Source: a bacterium (lineage in GTDB: Bacteria; UBA8248). From it: a stretch of 64,000 nucleotides of DNA. The stretch's first letter is position 1. The number at the start of each line of letters is the position of its first letter. Shown here one piece after another: positions 34,774 through 44,427 of this stretch. Under the pieces are notes generated by a model that was not told the DNA's origin, ran no database searches, and saw only the letters and a program-made list of their open reading frames with translations. Position numbers and translations under genes: made by a program. The stretch covers positions 2,400,001 to 2,464,000 of the forward strand of contig CBDBBI010000010.1 of the NCBI GenBank assembly GCA_965202625.1, written 5' to 3'.

Positions 34774-35646
34774 ATGGCTCTTGAGCATCCATACGTTCGC
34801 ATCGCCAGCGTGGTGCCCGAGAAGATGGACGAGAAGGAGGGCTGGTCCGTCTCTGATTTCCGGGTGGTCATCAGTGGAAAGGAAGGCTGCTCCTCCATCA
34901 TGTATCACGCCACCCTTCAGCCTGGGGATCGCCAGCACAAACACCGCTACGAGAACTGCGACATGCAATACTACGTCGTAAGCGGCCACGGCCTAGCGGG
35001 CGCGGGGGCGGATCGCGTCGAGGTGCACGCGGGGCACTTTCACCATATCCCCAGAGGCGTGGAGCACTGGCTCGTGAACCTGGGCCGGCACGACCCCCTC
35101 GTCATCATCGGGTTCTATGATCGCGTCCCCACTCTCAAGGACACCGGCCGCCTCTACCTGGGCGACGTAGGCGCGACAGACCTCGCCGCTCCGCGCACAC
35201 TTCGGACGGCGGACCTCGAATGTCCGCTCGTGCACAACGACTCGGTTCCCTTCGTCAAGGTATCCAGGGAGGAGGGCTGGGCGCAGGATTATTTCAACGA
35301 GCCACTGAACCGCACTCACGGCGCGGGTTCGTGCTGGATGCAGGGCTACTTTGGCCCCCACACCGTGCACATGAAGCACCGCCACAACAACTGCGAGGAG
35401 ATATGCTACGTCCTGAAGGGCCACGGGCTGGCCGGCGTGGGCGCGGATCGCGCGGAGGTTTTCGCCGGAGACGTCCACTATATCCCCGCCGCCACGGAGC
35501 ATTGGCTCGCGAACATCAGCGACGACGAGGATCTCTCCGCCCCCGGCTGGTACATCGGCGTCGGCGGGCTTGACGAGAGCGGCTTCGAGTATCTGGGGCC
35601 GGTGACCGAGGACGACCTCAAGGAGCGAACGGGCGCGATCGCATAG
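34774..35646 (+). CDS. bicupin protein A
   Basis: Two cupin domains (HKHRYENCD..YVVSGHG; HMKHRHNNCEEICYVLKGHG; IP...EHWL); strong RBS. Confidence 0.85.
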   Translation: MALEHPYVRIASVVPEKMDEKEGWSVSDFRVVISGKEGCSSIMYHATLQPGDRQHKHRYENCDMQYYVVSGHGLAGAGADRVEVHAGHFHHIPRGVEHWLVNLGRHDPLVIIGFYDRVPTLKDTGRLYLGDVGATDLAAPRTLRTADLECPLVHNDSVPFVKVSREEGWAQDYFNEPLNRTHGAGSCWMQGYFGPHTVHMKHRHNNCEEICYVLKGHGLAGVGADRAEVFAGDVHYIPAATEHWLANISDDEDLSAPGWYIGVGGLDESGFEYLGPVTEDDLKERTGAIA

Positions 35647-35744
35647 CGTCTCATCAGGTGCGGGGACGCATTCCGTCCCCCGGTGGGCTTTGGGAAGGTC
35701 GCGTCCGACAGGTGTGCAACGACCATCTTGTGAGGAGTACGTGA

Positions 35745-36602
35745 ATGGCGCTTCAATATCCCCTGGTGCACGTTGACGACGTCGTCCCCGAGAGAATGGA
35801 GGAGAAGGAGGGTTGGGCGATCTCGGAATTTCGCCTGCCCATCACCGGCGCTCAAGGAAGCTCGACCACCGCCTTTCATTCCATATTCCGGCCCGGTTCT
35901 ACGCACGCGAAACACCTGCACGCGGAGTGCGAGGAGATAGCGGTCTATCTGAAGGGAAACGGCGTGGTCGGCCAGAGCGATGAGCGCGCGGACGTGCGCG
36001 CGGGCCATTGCCGCCTCATGCCCAAAGGCTCGACGCATTTCTTTCACAACGAGACGAAGGCCGAGGAGGCGGTGGTGGTCGGGTTCTATGTCGGTGCGCC
36101 GAGCCTTGCGGCCACGGGCTATCAGTTTCGCGGCGAAGTGACTCCGGCGGACATCGCCGCGCCGCGCGAGGGGATTACCGAGGGCGTTCTGAGGCATCTC
36201 GACGACGTGCCGCGCGAGCGAATGAACGAGGGGGAGGGCTGGTCGATAACCGATTTCAGGCTCCCTCTGGGCAAGCACAACGGCAGTGGGACGACGCTGT
36301 TTCGCGCGAGATTCTTTCCGGGCGCCGCGCACAAAAAGCACAGGCACGACAACTGCGAGGAAATCTACTACGTCATCAGCGGTCATGGCTTGGCGGGCGC
36401 GGGGGCGGATCGCGTCGAGGTGCGCGGTGGACACTTTCACTACATTCCCAAGGGAGTGGAGCATTGGCTCCACAACCTGAGCGCCTCCGATCCCATCGAG
36501 GCGGTGGGCGTCTATATCGGAAGCGGGAGCGTGGAGGAGACGGGCTACGTCTATATGGGAGACGTAACGGAGGAGGACCTGAAAGAGCGCACGCCGCTTT
36601 GA
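35745..36602 (+). CDS. bicupin protein B (paralogue of A)
   Basis: HAKHLHAECEEI and HKKHRHDNCEEIYYVISGHG; N-terminus MALQYP and C-terminus EEDLKERT match A. Confidence 0.85.
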   Translation: MALQYPLVHVDDVVPERMEEKEGWAISEFRLPITGAQGSSTTAFHSIFRPGSTHAKHLHAECEEIAVYLKGNGVVGQSDERADVRAGHCRLMPKGSTHFFHNETKAEEAVVVGFYVGAPSLAATGYQFRGEVTPADIAAPREGITEGVLRHLDDVPRERMNEGEGWSITDFRLPLGKHNGSGTTLFRARFFPGAAHKKHRHDNCEEIYYVISGHGLAGAGADRVEVRGGHFHYIPKGVEHWLHNLSASDPIEAVGVYIGSGSVEETGYVYMGDVTEEDLKERTPL

Positions 36603-36766
36603 GGTTTTATCGGCTCAGGCGGAGCGACGGCGTATTCGAGGGGAGCGGACGGTGGAGGACGCGCCGCATTTTCTTGCCCCATTGTCTTTTGGTCGTCTTG
36701 TGATATGCTGAACCGACGTGGGGAGCGCGTTGATTCGGAGATAGTCAACTCTAGTGGAGTCATGCC

Positions 36767-37315
36767 ATGCGGATAACCGATGCGGCGGCGGAGAAAGTCA
36801 AGGAAATCATGCAGCAAAACGGCGGCGGCTTCGCCGGAATCCTGATCAGCTTCGAGGGCGGCTACAAGCTCGACCTGGTGAAGGATGAGGACGCCGCGCA
36901 ATACGCCCAGGTAGAGAATCCGCTGCTGGGCGTTTTCGCTTCGCCAGAGCACCTCGCGAGAGCGGAGGCGGCCGAAATCGAGTTCGTGACCGAAGGCCCC
37001 ACGAGCGGGTTCAAGGTGACGCGCGCGATGTCGGTGGGCGAAACCTCACTGCTGGAGCAGATCCAGGAGATCATCGACACGGAGATTAACCCGGCCGTCG
37101 CGTCTCACGGGGGCGTCATCAACCTGCTGGACATGGAGGAGAAGCGCGTTTTCGTCCAGATGGGCGGAGGCTGCGCGGGCTGCGGCATGGCGGACGTGAC
37201 GCTCAAGTCTGGTGTGGAGGCGCGCCTGCAACAGCTCGACCCCGAGATTCGGGTGGTCGATACCACGGACCACGCATCGGGAACGAACCCCTATTACGCA
37301 CCGACGAAGAAGTAG
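36767..37315 (+). CDS. nfuA: Fe-S biogenesis protein NfuA-like
   Basis: Degenerate A-type N-domain (MRITDAAAEKV) plus Nfu domain INPAVASHGG..MGGGCAGC..TDHASGTNPYY. Confidence 0.85.
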   Translation: MRITDAAAEKVKEIMQQNGGGFAGILISFEGGYKLDLVKDEDAAQYAQVENPLLGVFASPEHLARAEAAEIEFVTEGPTSGFKVTRAMSVGETSLLEQIQEIIDTEINPAVASHGGVINLLDMEEKRVFVQMGGGCAGCGMADVTLKSGVEARLQQLDPEIRVVDTTDHASGTNPYYAPTKK

Positions 37316-37447
37316 GTTTTTCGGGCGTCACGTAGGCAAGCGGTGAGTCATTCCCAGATGTTTTCAGGCGGAATTCGAAAGTGCCCTTGAAGGGAGAGGC
37401 GTCTGACGCCAGGCGTTTATCCAGCTCCTGCGTAAAAACGTTGCGGG

Positions 37448-37710
37448 ATGACCAGCGAAACCGGTGCGCATGATCGCAAGATCGAACTCCGGCGGAGAAC
37501 GGCCGTCCGTGAATACGGGCGGTGCGAACAAGTCGCCATGCGTGAGGCGATGCGCCGCTTGGCCATGTGCTGGTGCCTAAGAGAAATGCGGATCGTTTGG
37601 CGTCCTTGCCCTTGAGGAAGGAAAAGCGGGGTTTGTGAAAGGTGTCAGGCGTGTTGTCCCCATGCGTTTTTTGAGGTGAAACGATGGAGGGCCGGCCCCC
37701 TCTTTTTTTG
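37448..37710 (+). pseudogene. possible highly decayed HIT-family gene
   Basis: Fragments in different frames, PLGHVLVPKRNADRLASLP and NDGGPA, resemble the HIT GHxLVxPKxH and NDGxxAGQ motifs; no ORF >=60 aa. Confidence 0.3.
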
Positions 37711-37723
37711 CTTCTTTGTCGGG

Positions 37724-38980
37724 CTATTCCCCAACAATCTTGAATGCGATCTCTCCGTATGCCACGCGCAGGGCCGCCTCCACCTCCTCGGGATTCTTTC
37801 CTTTGGCGAAGATGAAGCCGAGGTATCTATCTCCCTCCGGCAGGGGCGTCACGCGGCCGCCGACGTGAATCGATATGTCGATCCCTTCGACGCCGGCAAC
37901 GGCGCGGGCCTTCTCCACGCCTTCGACGCGCTTCAGGACGCCCGCTTCGGGTATGGGAATCATCATGACGCCCGACGCCGCTTTCTCCCGCTCGATGGAT
38001 GGCGGCGCGACGCCCAGGGCCTGCGAGAGTATGAGACGCTCGAGAGTGGCTCCTCCTCCAAACGAGAGGGCGCGGGAGCACTTCCCGCCAATGGAGCGGC
38101 TCGCCACGTCGATCGTCCAGACTTGGCCCGCGCCGTCAACTCTGAGTTCCGCGTGGAGCGGGCCGTCGCGCAGGCGAATCGCCCGGGCGGCGCGGATGGT
38201 TTCTTCTCGAATTCTCCTTTGGGTCTCATCCGGCAGCCTTGAAGGCGTGACGTAGATGGTTTCCTCGAAAAAGGGGCCTTCGAGCGGGTCCGGCTTGTCA
38301 AAGATGGCCAGCAGGTGAACCTCGCCGCGTACGACCAACCCTTCCACCGCCGTCTCGACCCCTTCCAGGTAGTCCTCCACGAGAATCATCCGCGCCTCCG
38401 CGCCGCCTCGGGCGACGTTCTCGGGCTCCTCGAGTATGGCGCCAATTCGGCGGTAGGCCTGGGCGAATTCCGCCGCGTCGTTCGCGCGAATCACCCCCTG
38501 GCTGGCGGCCAGAAACGTGGGCTTGAGCACGCATGGGTATCGAATGCGTGCCGAGATTCTCTCGGGGTCGTCCTGGGCGGAGACGAGGCGAAACGCGGGT
38601 GAGGGCAGACCCTCTTCAGAGAGCGTCTTTCGGAGTTCGTATTTGCTTCTCGTGGCGCGCGCTGCTTCGACGGGGTGATAGGGCAGGCCCAGCGCCTCCG
38701 CCGCCATGGCGCCGAGTATGAGGGTCTCATCGTCCACCGGGGCGACCGCGTCGATGGGAAACGTTTTTGCGAACGACTGGATGCGGGCGGCGCCCGCATC
38801 TGGCTGGCCGTAATCAAGCGTGAGGGAAGCGCCGGGGTTCAGCCCGGCCAGCAGGTCGGGCCTGTCGGTTCCCACCGTGAGTTGGACGCCCAGCGCCTCC
38901 GCCGCCGCCACGTAGGCGGCCGCGCGATAGGTGGCCGTCGTCATGAGCGCGAGGACGCGCTTGGCGCCTTCAGGTGGCAT
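37724..38980 (-). CDS. ATP-grasp domain protein
   Basis: RYPCVLKP..LAASQGVIRAN, LVEDYLEGVE, FDKPDPLEGPFFEETIYVTPS, HAELRV, RSIGGKC. Confidence 0.85.
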   Translation of the reverse strand: MPPEGAKRVLALMTTATYRAAAYVAAAEALGVQLTVGTDRPDLLAGLNPGASLTLDYGQPDAGAARIQSFAKTFPIDAVAPVDDETLILGAMAAEALGLPYHPVEAARATRSKYELRKTLSEEGLPSPAFRLVSAQDDPERISARIRYPCVLKPTFLAASQGVIRANDAAEFAQAYRRIGAILEEPENVARGGAEARMILVEDYLEGVETAVEGLVVRGEVHLLAIFDKPDPLEGPFFEETIYVTPSRLPDETQRRIREETIRAARAIRLRDGPLHAELRVDGAGQVWTIDVASRSIGGKCSRALSFGGGATLERLILSQALGVAPPSIEREKAASGVMMIPIPEAGVLKRVEGVEKARAVAGVEGIDISIHVGGRVTPLPEGDRYLGFIFAKGKNPEEVEAALRVAYGEIAFKIVGE

Positions 38981-39749
38981 ACCATCCGCCGTCCACGATG
39001 AGCGACGTGCCGGTGACCAAGCTGCTGGCGCGGGAGGCGAGAAAGATGGCCGGGCCGACCAATTCATCCATCCGTCCGAATCGGCCCATGGGCGTTCTTC
39101 TGCAGATGGCGTCGTAGATCAACTTGTCCTCCTTGAGGGCCGTCGTGAGCGGCGTCTCGATGAACGTGGGGCAGATGGCGTTCACCTGGATGTTCTCCTT
39201 CGCCCACTCGGAGGCGAAAACGCGGGTCAGCCCGATGAGACCGCTCTTTGAGGAGGTGTAGGGCCCATAGGTTTGGCCTCGGGGGTTTCTGAAAACCGAC
39301 CAGCCCATCAGCGAGGCGATGTTGATCACCTTGCCGCCGCCCGCTTTCTTCATCTCCTCGCCCGCGCGCCTCGTGATGAAGAAGGTGCTTTTCAAGTTCA
39401 GGTCGAGTACCTTGTCCCAATCCGCCTCGGTGAGGTCTTCGAGTTTTTTGCGCACGTTCGTGCCCGCGTTGTTCACGAGAATGGTGAGTCCACCCAGCGC
39501 GGCAGCGGCTTCTCGCACCATGCGCTCGGCCAAGGCCGTGTCGGTGACGTCCGCTTGGATGAGCGCGCACTTGCGACCCATCCTCTTGATGGCTTCTTTC
39601 GTCTCATGGGCGGGTTCTACGTCAACATCCACGATGGCTACGTCAGCCCCCGCCTCGGCGAAACCCTCCGCCAGTGCGCGTCCGATGCCGCGCGCTGCGC
39701 CCGTGACGAGCGCCTTCGCCCCATTCAGATCAAAAAGAGATTGGCTCAT
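38970..39749 (-). CDS. SDR oxidoreductase (KduD/gluconate 5-dehydrogenase-like)
   Basis: TGAARGIG, NNAG, YTSSK, TPMGRFG, VDGG. Confidence 0.9.
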   Translation of the reverse strand: MSQSLFDLNGAKALVTGAARGIGRALAEGFAEAGADVAIVDVDVEPAHETKEAIKRMGRKCALIQADVTDTALAERMVREAAAALGGLTILVNNAGTNVRKKLEDLTEADWDKVLDLNLKSTFFITRRAGEEMKKAGGGKVINIASLMGWSVFRNPRGQTYGPYTSSKSGLIGLTRVFASEWAKENIQVNAICPTFIETPLTTALKEDKLIYDAICRRTPMGRFGRMDELVGPAIFLASRASSLVTGTSLIVDGGWYAT

Positions 39750-40039
39750 GGGTTGGTTCTCCTTTCTAGGTATGTCGGGCCATCCCGATTCTCTATGCGG
39801 CGGTGCGCGGGGTCAACGGGGGCGGGCGTTCTCGTTGGACCTCAGAGGAGAGTATGATAATCAATACGAGAGTGCTTCTCTCCTCCTTTTCGTTCTTGCG
39901 CAAGCGCGCTTTTCCAGTTCTCTAGAGCAAGGATGAGCGATGGCGAAGGCTGACAGGCGACCTGTAACTCGGAAAATCACGTGCCCAGTGGCCTATGGCG
40001 GGACGCGCCAGATGCACCGTATGAGGAGAGAATCGGCAC

Positions 40040-40386
40040 GCCGGGAGAATACTCCCCACATCGCCGAGACCGGCGCCGCGCTCGCCCAGGACGAACACCG
40101 CGGTGCACTGGATAACGAAAATCGAGGCGCCCGGGGTTCCGTGTGGGCCGATTCAGTGCATTGACGAGACTTTGGGGGATCCGTAAATGCAGGCCCGTAA
40201 GATGGCGGTGGCGATGGCGCGTCGCGCGCGCGGCGAAATGCAGACGTTCAACACGCCCGTGAAGGTGGAAGGCGCTTGGGGTGCCGCCCCCTTTGATGGG
40301 CGAGCACACCGCAGAGCTGCTTCCGGAAGGCACTCGGTCTCGGGGATGGGGAAATCAGGCCGTTGAAAGAGCGCGAGGCGATTTAA
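40040..40386 (+). pseudogene. C-terminal remnant of a family III CoA-transferase
   Basis: Manual translation across stops and frameshifts: EAPGVPCGPIQCIDETLGDP*MQARKMAV...PLMGEHTAELL...LKEREAI*, ending like the intact 2859-4025 enzyme. Confidence 0.7.
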
Positions 40387-40395
40387 GGGGCCGCT

Positions 40396-41184
40396 ATGTT
40401 TCATGACAAAAAGGCTTTCGTGTTCGACCTTGAGGGAGTCTTCTTCGCCGGAGACGAGGTGATGCCCGGCGGCGTGGAGTTGATGCGCGCGGTCAAGGGG
40501 AGAAATCTTCCCCATCGTTTCATCACGAACATCAGTCGCAGCACAGTTGCGGAGATTCGCGCCCACATGGCGAGGATTGGCGTGGACCCGGGGGAGAACT
40601 TCATCGTGGGAGCGCTGGATCGCGTCGGCTCGTTTTTGCGGAAAAACTACGGGTCGGGCCGGGCGTACGTGCTGGGGACGGATTCCTTGAAGATCGCAAT
40701 TTCATCAGAGAGCTTCGAGATACTCGGGCGCGAGGAGGAGGAAAAGGCGGACGTCGTCGTGGTGGGCCTTGATGAGCACCTCACCTATCATACGTTGAGC
40801 GCCGCCGCGCGCGCCGTGAGCCGAGGTGCCCACTTCGTCGCCATGAATCCTGACGTGCGCTTGCCGCGCGAGGATGGCGCGTTTTCCTTGGGTGGGGGCG
40901 CCATCATGGCGGCCGTGCGTGCGGCGGCGGGCAGGGATCCCGTGTTTTTCGGAAAACCGGAGCCTTTTCTGTTCGAGGAGGCCCTGGCGGAGTTGGGCGT
41001 GGACGCGCACCAGGCCGTCATGGTGGGAGACAACCTGAGGACGGACGTCATGGGCGGCCGAAACGCGGGTATGGCCACCGTCTGGGTGAACCGCTGGGGC
41101 GCGATAGCCGGAGATCCAGACGTGACGGCGGACCTTGAGGTGAAGACCGTCCACGAGCTGATTCCGCATCTTCCGGACGGCTAG
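40396..41184 (+). CDS. HAD-IIA hydrolase (NagD-like)
   Basis: FDLEGV (DxD variant), ITN, NPD, GKPEP, MVGDNLRTDV. Confidence 0.88.
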   Translation: MFHDKKAFVFDLEGVFFAGDEVMPGGVELMRAVKGRNLPHRFITNISRSTVAEIRAHMARIGVDPGENFIVGALDRVGSFLRKNYGSGRAYVLGTDSLKIAISSESFEILGREEEEKADVVVVGLDEHLTYHTLSAAARAVSRGAHFVAMNPDVRLPREDGAFSLGGGAIMAAVRAAAGRDPVFFGKPEPFLFEEALAELGVDAHQAVMVGDNLRTDVMGGRNAGMATVWVNRWGAIAGDPDVTADLEVKTVHELIPHLPDG

Positions 41185-41207
41185 ACGTATAGGATCGAGG
41201 GGGCGAT

Positions 41208-41731
41208 TTGGCGCAGATTCTCTATGAAGTCAAAGACAGGCTGGCCTACGGCACGCTGAACAGGCCGGAGAAAATGAACGCGATCAACCATGAGACGAGC
41301 GAGCGTATATTCTCGCTTTTTGCCAGGATGGAGCGCGACCCCGAGGTATGGGAATGCTTAATCACGGGCGCGGGAGAGGTGTTCTCAAGCGGTCATGATC
41401 TCACGGACGAAATTCCCGAGGGCAGGGAGGTCAAGCCCGTCTCCGACCTCTATCAGGTTGTCATGGAATTTTACAAGCCTTGGCTTCGCCCACTATCGCC
41501 TGTTCACCGGCGAGTTCATCGACGCGCAAGACGCCCTGCGGATTGGCCTGGCGAACGCGCCGCTGGCGGTGCGCGCCATCAAGAAGATCACCGCCAGCGC
41601 GACATGACGATGGAGGACGCCCTGGGCTTCGGAGACGTGATCCTCCAGCGTCTTTTGGAGATCGAGGATGCGGAGGAGAGGGCATACGGTCGTTCCATGA
41701 GAAAAGACCGCCTCGCTTCAAGGGAAAGTAA
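41208..41731 (+). pseudogene. enoyl-CoA hydratase/isomerase, deleted and frameshifted
   Basis: TLNRPEKMNA, FSSGHDL, then FTGEFIDAQDALRIGL, NAPLAVRAIK, EGIRSFHEKRPPRFKGK spread across three frames; central catalytic part missing. Confidence 0.8.
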
Positions 41732-41772
41732 ATCGTCCTTCGTCCCATACTACCATCGGAGAGGATGCCGCG

Positions 41773-42933
41773 GTGAAGTTTGATCTCACGGACTCTCAAA
41801 AACGAATTCAACGCAAAGCCCGCGAACTCGCCGTGCGCCGAATCGCGCCCAAGGCGGTGCTTTGGGATCGCACCGAAGAATACCCTTGGGAGAACGCCCG
41901 ACTCCTGGCGGATGCGGGTTTCATGGGCATGAACGTTCCCAAGGAATTTGGCGGGCCTGAGCGGCCGTTGATAGAGGCCGTTCTGGTGGTCGAGGAGATG
42001 GCGAAGGTCTGCGGCATCACGGGGCGCATCGTCGTGGACAGCAACATGGGCGTGGTGGGCGCCATCATTCAATACGGAACCGAGGCGCAGAAAAGAAAGT
42101 ATTTGCCGATGGTGCTCGCAGGAGACAAGCCGGCCATCGCCATCACTGAGCCCGAGGCGGGAAGCGCCGCCACCGACATGACGACGAAGGCTGTGTTGGA
42201 TGGCGATGAATACGTATTGAACGGGAAGAAGAAATGGATCACCGGCGCGGGCGTCTCTCGCATCAACCTCGTCTTTGCCCGCGTGGCGCACGGTGGGGAG
42301 GAGCAGGGCATCGGCGCGTTGATCGTGGAGTTGGGCGCAGAGGGCTTTCGGGTGGGGGAGCGCGCCTTCATGATGGGCTTGAGAGGAATCCCCGAGGGGG
42401 AGGAGATTTTTGAAAACTGCCGCGTGCCCCGCGAGAATTTGGTGACGGTCGGATTTGGGCGCTTGATGGCTGCCTACAACGCCCAGAGGGTGGGCGCCGG
42501 CACGGTAGCCTTGGGCATTGCCGAGGGCGCCTTCGCGCAAGCGGTGGAATACGCCAAGAAGCGCGAGCAGTTTGGCCGCCCGATCGCCGAGTTTCAGGGG
42601 TTGCAGTGGATTCTGGCGGACGCGCGCATTCAACTCGACGCCGCCCGTCTCTTGCTTCATCGCGCGGCGGTGCAAGAAGACCCCCAAACGGGGTTTCCTG
42701 ATATGCGCCTGGCCGCCATCGCCAAGACATTCTCGGCGGAAGCGTCGATCAAGGTGACGAACGACGCGCTCCAGATTTTCGGGGCGGAGGGCTATTCGCG
42801 CGACTTGCCGATTGAGCGCATGGCGCGCGACGTGAGGATGTTCACCATCGGCGGCGGCACCACCCAGGCGCAGCGAAACGTGATCGCCTCAAGCATCTTC
42901 GGCAGAAAGTTCTCTCAGCGTCGGGAAGGGTGA
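41773..42933 (+). CDS. acyl-CoA dehydrogenase-fold enzyme, 3-sulfinopropionyl-CoA desulfinase-like
   Basis: EYPWEN, GRIVVDSN, VLAGDKPAI, WITGAGVS, MGLRGIPE, YNAQRVGAG, MFTIGGGT (no catalytic Glu at either usual site). Confidence 0.8.
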   Translation: MKFDLTDSQKRIQRKARELAVRRIAPKAVLWDRTEEYPWENARLLADAGFMGMNVPKEFGGPERPLIEAVLVVEEMAKVCGITGRIVVDSNMGVVGAIIQYGTEAQKRKYLPMVLAGDKPAIAITEPEAGSAATDMTTKAVLDGDEYVLNGKKKWITGAGVSRINLVFARVAHGGEEQGIGALIVELGAEGFRVGERAFMMGLRGIPEGEEIFENCRVPRENLVTVGFGRLMAAYNAQRVGAGTVALGIAEGAFAQAVEYAKKREQFGRPIAEFQGLQWILADARIQLDAARLLLHRAAVQEDPQTGFPDMRLAAIAKTFSAEASIKVTNDALQIFGAEGYSRDLPIERMARDVRMFTIGGGTTQAQRNVIASSIFGRKFSQRREG

Positions 42934-43401
42934 GATAATCCTCGGCCCCGCCCCGCTGAAAGGTTCGCGCGTGAGGCCCGCAGCTCGGCGCTCAACTCCC
43001 CAAACGTGCTCTGGTACAACTCGTTGTGGCTCAACGGCTCGGGGTGGGTGGGGTATTTCGTCGTTCTCACGTCATGCACCAGGTGTGCGTAGGCGATCTG
43101 CGGCGTCAGGGCTTTCACCGCGTCCAGGATTATTTGTCGCATTTCAGTTCTATCAGCGTTTCATACGACGGAATTGCCGCGGCAATGGAATTCATGGCGT
43201 CCCCTCCTGTGCGACAAAGGGGAATCGCGCCGCGAGAGGCGTCTTATCAGATAGCTCCTTGCGATTGACAGCGTTTCACGCGAGCAGATAACCTCCGAGC
43301 GAGTTTCGGAGGTTTTTAATGCTTTAACCGTTGCGATATTTCGCGCACCAGCCGCAGTGCGGGCTTGATTTCATCAAGCGCGCTTTTGGGGGGGGTTGCC
43401 G

Positions 43402-44403
43402 ATGGCACTCCGCGTACTTCTCTCCACCATCCCGTTCGGGGAGATTGACCCGAAGCCCGTCCATATGCTCGAGAGCGCGGGCGTCGACTATGTGCGCAAC
43501 CCCTTGGGCAGGCGGCCGAACGAGGCCGAGTTCGCCGAGATGATTCGCGACGGCTTTGACGCCGTCATCGCGGGTCTGGAGCCGTTCACGCCCAAAGTGC
43601 TGGATTTGGCGGCGGGGCTTCGGCTGATTTCACGCGCCACCGTCGGGCTGGAAACGGTGGATTTGAACGCGGCACGCGACAGAGATATACGCGTTGCGCA
43701 CACCCCTGGAGCCAACGCCCAGGCGGTGGCGGAACTGACGCTGAGCCATCTGCTCTCGCTTTTGCGAGGCGTCCACCATTCGCACAATGCGTTGACGCGC
43801 GGCGAGTGGGTCCAGTTCATGGGTCGCACGCTCGATGAGATCACCTTGGGCGTCGTTGGCGTGGGACGAATCGGCAAGCGGGTGATACGCCACGCCTCCG
43901 CGTTCGGGGCGAAAATCATCGCGAACGATCTGACGCCCGATGTGGAATTCGGCGAGCGTTACAGCGTGACGTGGGTGGAGAAAGAGGAAATCTATCGGCG
44001 CGCCGACGCCGTCTCCCTGCACGTTCCCGCTACGCCGATGACGGTCGGCCTGGTGGGAGAGGGTGAATTGGCGATGATGAAAAGGGGCGCTTTCCTCATC
44101 AACACGGCGCGCGGCGTCGTCGTGGACGAAGTCGCGCTGGTGCGCGCGTTGCGCTCGGGGCACCTGGGAGGCGCCGGAATCGACGTTTTTCCGGAAGAAC
44201 CCTACCGAGGAGTTCTCGCGCAGGCGCCCAACTGCATTCTCACCGCGCACCTAGGAGCGCGTGCGCGTTCTGCTCGCCTGCAAATGGAACTGGACGCGAC
44301 GGAGAACGTCTTGTGTTTTTTGGAGAGCCGGCCGATTCCAGGGCTTGTGCCGGATGAGGAATACGAGATGCAGCGCGTAGTCATGGCCGAGGCGAAGCGA
44401 TGA
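43402..44403 (+). CDS. D-isomer-specific 2-hydroxyacid dehydrogenase (SerA-like)
   Basis: GANAQAVAEL, GVGRIG, SLHVP, INTARG, DVFPEEP, TAHLG. Confidence 0.9.
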   Translation: MALRVLLSTIPFGEIDPKPVHMLESAGVDYVRNPLGRRPNEAEFAEMIRDGFDAVIAGLEPFTPKVLDLAAGLRLISRATVGLETVDLNAARDRDIRVAHTPGANAQAVAELTLSHLLSLLRGVHHSHNALTRGEWVQFMGRTLDEITLGVVGVGRIGKRVIRHASAFGAKIIANDLTPDVEFGERYSVTWVEKEEIYRRADAVSLHVPATPMTVGLVGEGELAMMKRGAFLINTARGVVVDEVALVRALRSGHLGGAGIDVFPEEPYRGVLAQAPNCILTAHLGARARSARLQMELDATENVLCFLESRPIPGLVPDEEYEMQRVVMAEAKR

Positions 44404-44427
44404 GTATGTGGGGGCTTCTCCTCACCC

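Noticed and set aside
37316-37720. Structured ncRNA (several hairpins) after nfuA
   Set aside because: No RNase P, SRP, 6S or riboswitch signature recognised; short hairpins are expected at this GC content; a decayed HIT-like gene fits better, though an Rfam scan would be decisive
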